Source: Amoebophrya sp. A120 | Taxonomy: Eukaryota > Protista > Dinoflagellata | Length of the DNA: 42,370 nt | Reading direction: 5' to 3' | Assembly (NCBI GenBank): GCA_905178155.1 | Contig: CAJINV010000038.1 | Location: forward strand, 17,278-59,647 | Shown here: positions 34,181 through 42,370 of the stretch, piece after piece | How positions within the stretch are numbered: the first letter of the stretch is position 1 | Layout of the letters: each line of letters starts with the position of its first letter | Notes under the pieces: model-generated | What the model was told of the DNA's origin: nothing | Databases searched by the model: none | Seen by the model: only the letters and a program-made list of their open reading frames with translations | Made by a program: the position numbers and the translations under genes

Positions 34181-36796
34181 ATGTCAACACCAACACGAAC
34201 GAGGGAAAAAATGTCATCGTTGAGCCGGTTCTTCCTCCTTTTTCTTATGTGCAGCAGTGGGGGGGAGAACGAGAACGGCATGTGCCCGACTGCTTACAGC
34301 GATCAAAGTACTCTCGTCTACTCCTCGTTGGTGTTGACAATAAACTGTGCTTTTAGACTCGCAGCTTTTTCCGGCCGGACGAGCGTGCTGGTCGGTGCAG
34401 CGTTTGTGCAGTCAACCTACTTATCATCAACACCTCCTGGAGACGAGTTTTCATTGCCCTCGCTCACAACCAGATCACCTATCACCACAAAGGCGTTCGA
34501 TGAAGACGAAGAAGTTGCCGACGAGCGTCCGGAAGTATCTTCGCTCGCACCTCCTGCTGCTCTGCAAGACTTTGATGTTGATAGCGGTAGAACTACAACC
34601 ACCATCACCAACGAAACAGCTTTTACATCAGATCTACGCAGCCCCACGTCCGAGGATATTCCGGGAGGAAGTGGTGACTTTCAGATACAATGGATCAGTT
34701 CGTCAACAACCAGTGGAGACCAAGTCGTGGAAGGCGAAGGTCAGGACGTTGGACTCGTCGCAGTGCCAGGTTCTGAAGGCAAACCAGAAGACGTGTCTTG
34801 TCTCTCGTCACCCAATAGGACGCGAACAAAAAGCAAGTCGTCCACTGGCGCCGCTTCGTCCACAACGACTCTGCGCTACAGCTCAAGCAGCAACAGTGGC
34901 GGAAGTGCGGCGAGCAGTGGCAGAAGCGGGAGGCCAAGTAACACAGTGCTGGTCCTTGCAGGAGATGCGGCTGGCGCAAGCGCATCAAGCACTCAAGCGA
35001 GCACGGTTGTCTTTCCTTCGCGTCCGTTTCTGTCTGAAATGCTGGCGACTGAAGGGGGTTCTTGTACGAGTAAATCATACGACGCTCCGCACTTGTTTGA
35101 CCGGGCCACGACGCCTGGAGGTGATTCGCGTGTTTCGAAACTCCAACAGAAGTCAAACCGATTTTGTTCCGACGGTGTGGAGGCGTCAGAAGAATTTTCA
35201 CCATCGCCGAGCCGACTCGACCCACACACTTTCGGCAGTGCGGAAAGCGGAAGCAGCTCGACGGGCCGGCACGGGGGCGACGAGAGGCAGTTTCTGTGGG
35301 AAGCGATAGATCTAGATAATCCAGATGTCCGCACGTCTACTCCGTCTCCAGCGACGAAAAGCGATACCGATATGCCTGAGCACAGAAATGACTGGCGAAT
35401 AAAAGCACAGCCATCGGGTGGAAGATACAGCAGCACAGATTCGAAGAAACTGTCACAATTTGCAAGAAGTAGAACCGGAACCACGAACTTACACGAGCGG
35501 ATAAAGAGGACGCAAGCCGACCTTGTCGCCTTTGAACGCTCCATTCCGTCGCTGAAGCACTCTCCGAAAGCGCAACCACTGCAATTCATGGCGCTTGAAA
35601 AGAAAGAGGGGACATCAAAAATGGAAGCTCCTTCTGCCAGCAAGCTTTCGAAACGCCGACTGAAGCTGCATCAGGGGCAAGCAAGTATCGAAGTTAATGA
35701 GGACCGACTACGCCGGGAGAAAGTGAAGCACTTTCTTGTACGTCTACGTGCAGAGGCTATAATGGCCTCCGGCATCGCCCGCGGCGACGATCATGGTGTT
35801 TCGGGAGCAGCAGCTACTGATATGCTTACTCGACTCGGAGAGGACCATCGTGATCATACAATGCATAGCCATCGGGATCAAACTTCGCCCAGAAGCAGTT
35901 TTCTGGAAAATAACTCGGACGCGGCCTACCTACCTGTCTCGCTTTTTTCTGAAGATGAAGTTGAAGGGGAAGAGCCAATTCAAATAAAAGAACAGACACC
36001 TCTCGACAAGGAAAAAGAGCGTTTGTCATTTATTTTGCCAAAAACTTCTTGTTCTAAAGGAGCATCATCTTCAACATCTCCACCCCGTGCTGCGGACGAT
36101 GAGAAAAGGACATCCGCCTGCCGGAAGCACCACCAGCGAGAAGCCGGCGTGGCACTAGCAGTTGGCACCAAAAAGGGTAAGAACATGACTCGGCAATCCT
36201 CTGGGGGCTCTAGCAAAACTTCTCCTGCCGCGTCTGCTGCGAGTTTTTCATCTTCTTGCACAGACCGGAACGCCATCCACCGCCACAACCTATTTCACGA
36301 ATTGAAGCGGGACTTTTTCAAAACACAGGAATTGCGCGCCGAGCAGCGATATTACCGAAACAGTTGGGGGGAACAAGAAGTAGAGAAACCTTTTGTGAAG
36401 AGTGGATTCCACGAGCAGCTTCTGTCAACACCGCTGCAGTGGCCGCTCTTTTTTCCGGCATCTAGTAGCTCGTCGTGCACTTCTACTTCTGAAGATGAAG
36501 CGTTATTTGAGGACTGCAGCGATGCTACTGGTAGTGAAAAAGATTCCTCCGCCGCCGCGCCTGCGATCAGTATGGGTGCGGATAGCCCGTGGTCTGCAGC
36601 TTCCGCGGAAGAAGCACCCTGGATCCCTCCTGCGGGTCCGGGGTTGGCTGAAATGTTTCGCTGCGTCAAGCTTCCGGGGCGACGCCGTCCGGGTGCGCTG
36701 CCGTTTCGGGGAAGGCAAGGTAATTGGGGTGATGGAACATCTTCGGCAAGCGCTACACGACTTGCGCATAGTCTTTCAACCAAACTGTCGTTGTAA
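34181..36796 (+). CDS. Gene 4, hypothetical Ser-rich protein (871-aa ORF), possible signal peptide
   Basis: Long uninterrupted ORF. MSSLSRFFLLFLMC hydrophobic start at 34211. AFVQ (34400) and SFLE (35897) motifs. Possible GT donor near 36720. Confidence 0.65.
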   Translation: MSTPTRTREKMSSLSRFFLLFLMCSSGGENENGMCPTAYSDQSTLVYSSLVLTINCAFRLAAFSGRTSVLVGAAFVQSTYLSSTPPGDEFSLPSLTTRSPITTKAFDEDEEVADERPEVSSLAPPAALQDFDVDSGRTTTTITNETAFTSDLRSPTSEDIPGGSGDFQIQWISSSTTSGDQVVEGEGQDVGLVAVPGSEGKPEDVSCLSSPNRTRTKSKSSTGAASSTTTLRYSSSSNSGGSAASSGRSGRPSNTVLVLAGDAAGASASSTQASTVVFPSRPFLSEMLATEGGSCTSKSYDAPHLFDRATTPGGDSRVSKLQQKSNRFCSDGVEASEEFSPSPSRLDPHTFGSAESGSSSTGRHGGDERQFLWEAIDLDNPDVRTSTPSPATKSDTDMPEHRNDWRIKAQPSGGRYSSTDSKKLSQFARSRTGTTNLHERIKRTQADLVAFERSIPSLKHSPKAQPLQFMALEKKEGTSKMEAPSASKLSKRRLKLHQGQASIEVNEDRLRREKVKHFLVRLRAEAIMASGIARGDDHGVSGAAATDMLTRLGEDHRDHTMHSHRDQTSPRSSFLENNSDAAYLPVSLFSEDEVEGEEPIQIKEQTPLDKEKERLSFILPKTSCSKGASSSTSPPRAADDEKRTSACRKHHQREAGVALAVGTKKGKNMTRQSSGGSSKTSPAASAASFSSSCTDRNAIHRHNLFHELKRDFFKTQELRAEQRYYRNSWGEQEVEKPFVKSGFHEQLLSTPLQWPLFFPASSSSSCTSTSEDEALFEDCSDATGSEKDSSAAAPAISMGADSPWSAASAEEAPWIPPAGPGLAEMFRCVKLPGRRRPGALPFRGRQGNWGDGTSSASATRLAHSLSTKLSL

Positions 36797-37671
36797 AAAA
36801 AGACTTGAGACTTAATGCTTGTAATCTTGGCGCAACGTGTGCGTGAGCTTGCTAGCTCTCGGCTTTTATACAACACGCATATTATTAAATTCAATTGTTG
36901 CACTTGCAGCAGCAGCTTACAATGTAGCGCCTGTACTTCTACTTACATAGAGCAGTTTCATTTTTACTCGTGCACTTTGGGCGGTCTCTATTTTTGCATA
37001 ATCGCACGACCCGATCTCATAGAAGCATCAATCTTCCGAAGGTGAGCATAAACTCAAAGAAGCCTACTAACTAAATAGTATACACTTACACGTCAAGCGT
37101 CAAGGACCACCGGCCACGAAACAAGCTTTGCCTGCTGCACATTGTTCTAATATCACACTACACACACATGATACACACCCCACCTTCTAGAGTGATAGTT
37201 CCTGTGAGCGATTGGATGCGAAATGAGATCCACAGACCTGGATCCCCGATGGAAGATCTCGATCGCAGAGCAGGATCCGAATGAGATCATTTTCACCCTG
37301 ATGATCCCATTAGTAGTGACCGATGGATATCAATTGATACGTGCAGATGATCCCAGATTATACCGAGCCCTCAAATGCTCCATGCCAAAAATTACACGAA
37401 TGTGGTCTTTGAACTGTGTCCGATGAGGGAAAATGAATGCAGGTCTCGATAGAAATTAGGCCTTCTTCACCTTCCAGAAGTATCGATCTCCACCTGTCGT
37501 TTTCGACAACTCTTAGGAATGGTTTTCTTGTTGCCCTCCGACAACCGCCCAGGTGAGAGTTGCATGCTAAGTCTAGATTAGTACACCCTGAAAGATTATC
37601 AACGACTTGTTTACAACATTATTTCGAGTTTGCAGTCTTCAAGCATAAACATTTGAGCGAAGAAAAAAAAT

Positions 37672-39263
37672 GGTAAAACAAGGAATCAAGTTGAGGTCAT
37701 GGAATCAAGTTAACTGGAATCAAGTTAGACCTGGAATCAGGTTATATAGAATCAAGTTAAACCCGGAATCAAGTTACATGGAATCAAGTTACTACCTGGA
37801 ATCAAGTGGAATGGAATCAAGTAAACCACCACAACTTCATCCCCATCAGTCCTTCGCCTCGCAATGCCTCCTCTTGGAAGAATCTATCTGCTGCGCTTTT
37901 TGTGTTTTGTGACTGCCACACCCTCGCGCCTAAAGTTCTTCGCTTTTTTTTTTTTCAAAGGCGGCCACGTTTATCAAAGGTGTCTGGCTTTTCTTCCTCT
38001 GGTCGATAGAGACGAGGCGAGTAATGTTATAGCTAAGCTTTGCGCGCCCGTTTTGTTTTACGGCTCTTTGCCGAAAGTTTTCAAGGCTTTCGCCTTGCGA
38101 AGTTCCCGGGATTCCATTTGTGTCTCCTTCCCTCGGAAGGGGTGTGTCTCTGGGAATTCCGTCTTCATTTCGCCTTCCCTCGGGAGACCCATTGCTCATG
38201 GGACTCCGTTTCCACTTCGCATTCCTGGGGATGGTGTCAGTCTCGGGGGATTCCGTTTTTCCTTCCTGCGGAAGGTGTCTCGGGGGCCGCCATTTCGCCG
38301 CCCTTGCCCTCTGGTAGGTCTCTCCAGGGATTCTATTTCGCCTCCTTCGGAAGGTATCTTGGGCGATTGGCAGGGATCTCATCTCTGGCAGTTCCATCTT
38401 GTCTTCCCGATGTTCGGGGTTTCCGCCTGCAGCACTAAGGGGCCGCGGCTTCGCCTCAGGTGTTTGGCATGCCATTTGCCAACTTTGGCCCCTTCGCCTT
38501 GGGGAGATTCGGGGCGTTTACCTTCGGAAGCGCCGAAGCGTTCACCTTCGGAGGCTTCGAAGCTTCTTTGGCTTCGACAGCCTCGGATGTGTCGCCTTCG
38601 GAAGCTTTGGCGGGTCTCCCCCTGGCGGAAGGCCCGCTGCTTGATTGCCTCTCGGGGGAGTCTGTTATTTCCTGGCTGGCGCGAAGCTTTCGCCATCGAC
38701 TCCAGATTGATGAATGGCCCGAGCTTATTGACACCTCCTGCGCGACGTGGGCGGTTCGGGGTTTTTCTGTGCCCGGGCTCGCCGAGGCGTTTTGGATTCG
38801 GCTTCGGAGCGCGCAAGTTTGCCGCTGTCCGGGGCTGAGCGCGTGCGCTTACCGCTTTTGCGCCGGGGGCCCCGGGTTTTTTCTTTTGTGTCCCGGGGCC
38901 TCGTCACATCTACGCCCCGGGGCCCCGGAACATACATGGCCCGTCGGAAGGCAGGCCAGCCTTCGGTAAAGGTAGGAAGGCGGGGGGCCCGAAGCACAGG
39001 CTGGCGCGTGCATGGTGAATAACGTTTGGCGGAGGAGATAACGGGACCCGCGCAGTGCTTCTGGGGGAAACGGGAAACGGGACACGCAACGTGCTCCCAC
39101 GTAACGGGATTCCGGGGATCAACTTGATTCCACGCAACTTGATTCCAGGACCCAACCTGATTCCAGTCAACTTGATTCCAGAGTCCAACTTGATTCCATT
39201 TAACTTGATTCCAGTTACCAACTTGATTCCAACAATTTGACCAACTTGATTCCTTGGGCGTCC
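37672..39263 (+). mobile_element. Complete ~1.6-kb foldback-like element with inverted GGAATCAAGTT terminal arrays
   Basis: About 9 GGAATCAAGTT at 37682-37822 and about 8 AACTTGATTCC at 39121-39254. A-run on the left and T-run on the right. Interior homologous to 23050-24005 and rich in CTTCGGAAG/CTTCGAAG. Confidence 0.88.
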
Positions 39264-40703
39264 TTTTTTTTTCATTTACTATGCCAGGCCTATCGGGAAG
39301 TGACTACGATTGCGACAGGAATTTTAGAAAATCTTTTTGCGAGCGGGGTGTTTGATTGAACGGCGCGCGGACATGCGAAAGATATCTGTCGTGCCTCGTT
39401 GACTACATGGACAAGTTTCAATTTGTAGTTGCTTCCGATGGTCCAGATCTCTGTGATGAAATCATAAAAGTTGCAGGTAAGTGCTTTTTGCAGTTTCGCA
39501 GTTAAAGAGCCGCTCAAAGAAAAATGGGTCCGCTTTGTTCGAAATTGCTTTTCGTTTTCTCCCCTACTTCTGCCTTGCCTCTATCATGTTGATCGGTCTC
39601 TTCACTCTCAACACTCAGTCTCATGGAAGTGCTTTATTGCAAATTAGGTGAACCCTTGTGACGCGTTGGGCCGCAAAGTACTCTTTCGTCTATTTTCGAC
39701 TCATTAGACGATGGCACGCACGACCACGTTCTTCGTTCAATGGAAGAGAGTGTTGCCAGTGCGCTCGCGCATTTTGGATCTTTGACGTAGTTGTCCAAAT
39801 TTCGGTGTGAAAATATTTTGCATCCGTCTCTGTCTCTCGTGTACAACCGTGTGTTTAGTTAACATAAGTTTGAGTACTGGGTTTCCAATTATGTGCTCTT
39901 GGGTCTTTCTGGTCTGATGCATTTCGGTACGCCATCTATGGAAATGATCGAGCCCGCTGCTGGAGGATCTTGTGTTCCCACACTGAGTCTGTGAAGAAAC
40001 AAAAAATCTGTCATACACATTTTTCGTGAAAATAGTTTTTTCTTGTTTTTTACACAACGAGAAATTGATGCGAGAAAAGATGAATCTGTGATGCACGAAA
40101 TCGAATTGGACAATTTCTGTACACACACCAAATGAAGACAGTCTTTTGTGGGTATCTCAATGAATGCGACCGTGCGAAACTCAAGCTGAGTTTTAATATC
40201 TCTATTTCTTGTTCGAGTCGTCGGTCCAACATTGGTGGAGAACCTGACTGTTTATTCCCATTCCCGTAAATGACTTCTCACCCCATCGGAAACAGTAGCA
40301 CTAGTTTTCGTCTTCTTGTCTTCCTTTGTAGGTGTCGTAGATCATTTTCGGTTTACAAAGCAAGTCATTGCATTTTCATACGTTTGTAATGCGAATTGAA
40401 AACTAATCCTTTCCTTCGGTAACATCCATGAAAGACTTGGGCCAGCTACGAAGTTACTTTTTGAAACATTAAGAAGATTTTTTTGCCCACCAGTCGGTGA
40501 CTATTTCGGTACAGAGTCGCAATTTCTCATGCGTTTTTTGTGCCAAATGCTTTTTTTTTTGAAAAATTGAAGTAGAAATGCAGCATGAAATGCTGCCAAA
40601 TTTGCTTTTTTCGACCTGTTTCATATCTACATAAGCATTTTAAATTTTAAAATTAGCCCTGATAACAACATAGAATTGGCCAAGTAACAAATTTTAAAAA
40701 TAG

Positions 40704-41015
40704 CCCTGTGTCGATTCCGCCTCTAACAAGTGGGGGAAAAATAATTTCAACAACAAAAACAACAGCAAAAGCAAGGGCGGTAAGAACAAAAAAGGTGGCG
40801 GTAAGAAGTGGAAGAACGATCACAACCACGGTGGGAAGGGCAGTAAGTACTGCGCCTTCCACGGCCGGAACAATTCCCACACCACCGCTGAATGCAAAGC
40901 TTTGGGCAGCGATCCCGCCAGGGCGATCAACAAATTGGTGGTGCAGCAGCAGAGCGACAAGCGCTACCAGTCCCTGATCGCTAAACAGACCGCCAAAAAC
41001 CAAGGGGAACGATAA
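40704..41015 (+). pseudogene. Gag-like remnant with C-x2-H-x5-H-x4-C zinc knuckle (LTR retroelement fragment)
   Basis: Stop-to-stop frame missing from the ORF track: ...KGGKNKKGGGKKWKNDHNHGGKGSKYCAFHGRNNSHTTAECKAL... (knuckle 40851-40895). No ATG and no pol downstream. Confidence 0.6.
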
Positions 41016-41439
41016 CAAAAATTCCGACCCGACTACCAGTTCCAGCAACGCGGGCGGCGCCATCGTGCCCGCCACTTCTACTACCGTCCTACCCAGCATG
41101 GAATCTGCTCGACTATCTATGGAATCTGATCGTGCCCGCCACTTCTATCGTCTATCTATGGAAATGATCGAGCCCGCTGCTGGAGGATCTGGTCGAACAA
41201 AATTGACGCAAGAACCCAAGTCCAATCTACAAACATGTGCGAGTTCGGTAAGATCCCGGGGAACTGCTCCAGCGGCCAGAAAGCCGGCAGCACTCAGGCT
41301 CCTGTAATAATCCAGCGTGTTGCTCGTTGGCTTCGCGAATTTTCAAGCTTTTATTTTTATTCAGCTTGAAAAACCGCGAAACTTCAGAATTTTATTTTTA
41401 TTTGCACCAAAAACCCAACCCATCGAAGACGAATCAGAA

Positions 41440-41968
41440 TTCCACGCGTGAGCACATTCTTGTGGGCCTCACCGTAGCCCGAACCCGAAGTGTCAGAATT
41501 CCAGCAGTCAATCTCCGGAATTCTGACGCTTGCCGGCCGACAAGTGTCAGAATCCGGGAGATTGATCTCCAGGATTCTGACGTTTGCCGCTGGCAAGGTC
41601 GGAGACGCGAACACACTCTTGTGGGCCACGCCGTGGCCCGAACCGGAAGTGTCAGAATTCCAGCAGTCAATCTCCGAAATTCTGACACTTGCCGGCCGGC
41701 AAGTGTCAGAATCCGAGAGATTGATCTCCAGGATTCTGACATTTGCCGCTGGCAAGGTCGGAGACGCGAACACACTCTTGTGGGCTACGCTGTGGCCCGA
41801 ACCGGAAGTGTCAGAATTCCAGCAGTCAATCTCCGGAATTCTGACACAATCCTGGAGATTGATCTCCAGGATTCTGGAGATTGATCTCCAGGATTCTGAC
41901 ATCTGCCGCTGGCAAGGTCGGAGACGCGAACACACTCTTGTGGGCCACACCTTGGCCCGAACCCGGCT
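41440..41968. repeat. 159-bp satellite (~3.3 copies) made of hairpins
   Basis: CTTGTGGGC at 41459, 41618, 41777 and 41937. Internal IRs GTCAGAATTCC...GGAATTCTGAC and GTCAGAATCC.GGAGA-TTGA-TCTCCAGGATTCTGAC. Confidence 0.95.
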
Positions 41969-41971
41969 CTT

Positions 41972-42370
41972 GAGCTGCCAACACCGGCAGCCGGTTTTGC
42001 CTTTGACGGGACGTCCCGTCAAGGGTCAAATCGTCTCCAGAGCTGTCAGCACGGGTAGTCGGTTTTGCCCTTGACGGGACGTCCCGTCAAGGGTCAAAAC
42101 GTCCTCGGAGCTGCTGGCACGGGTGGGCGGTTTTGCCCTTGATGGGACGTCCCGTCAAGGGTCAAATCGTCTCCGGAGCGGCCAGGACTCGTGGACGGTT
42201 TTGCCCTTGACGGGACGTCCCGTCAAGGGTTAAATCGTCCCCGGAGCTTCCAAACCACCTGTGCAGTTTTGCCTTTGACGGGACGTCCCGTCAAGGTTTC
42301 AATCGTCTCCGGAGCTGCCAACACCGGCAGCCGGTTTTGCCCTTGACGGGACGTCCCGTCAAGAGTCAAA
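41972..42370. repeat. 68-bp palindromic satellite (6 copies, runs off the window)
   Basis: GGTTTTGCCCTTGACGGGACGTCCCGTCAAGGGTCAAA at 41993, 42061, 42129, 42197, 42265 and 42333. Confidence 0.95.

Noticed and set aside
39290-40450. Minus-strand decayed coding sequence
   Set aside because: Short frames broken by stops with no recognisable motif; cannot be assigned without a search.
41327-42074. Repeat proteins on both strands
   Set aside because: Explained by the 159-bp (3n) satellite with internal palindromes.
41972-42370. CRISPR array
   Set aside because: The linkers are homologous to each other (one repeated exactly), no cas genes are present, and the context is eukaryotic.

Overview
Eukaryotic, intron-rich genomic DNA. 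The style of the genes and the inverted-repeat-bounded non-canonical introns suggest a parasitic alveolate such as the syndinean dinoflagellate Amoebophrya (inference, not verified). The ORF track looks fragmented because the genes are interrupted by at least 12 MITE-like 'introner' elements. Most have TATC...GATA ends, many share a CTGGGTCTGG sub-terminal core, and several keep a ~5-bp target duplication. Excising them at or near their ends rejoins flanking ORFs into gene 1 (~348-4660) and a giant ~3,000-aa gene 2 (~5831-21038) studded with S-F-x-E/Q motifs. Gene 3 (~24.5-33.1 kb) encodes a TET/JBP-like 2OG-Fe(II) dioxygenase with an AT-hook. Its HxD and H...R halves are separated by a ~2.47-kb insertion carrying its own 587-aa ORF with faint hAT-transposase-like motifs and sub-terminal tandem repeats, a candidate autonomous driver of intron invasion. 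Also present: a low-complexity 871-aa ORF, several foldback-like motif-array elements, a GC minisatellite, a gag-like zinc-knuckle remnant and two hairpin-rich satellites at the right end.
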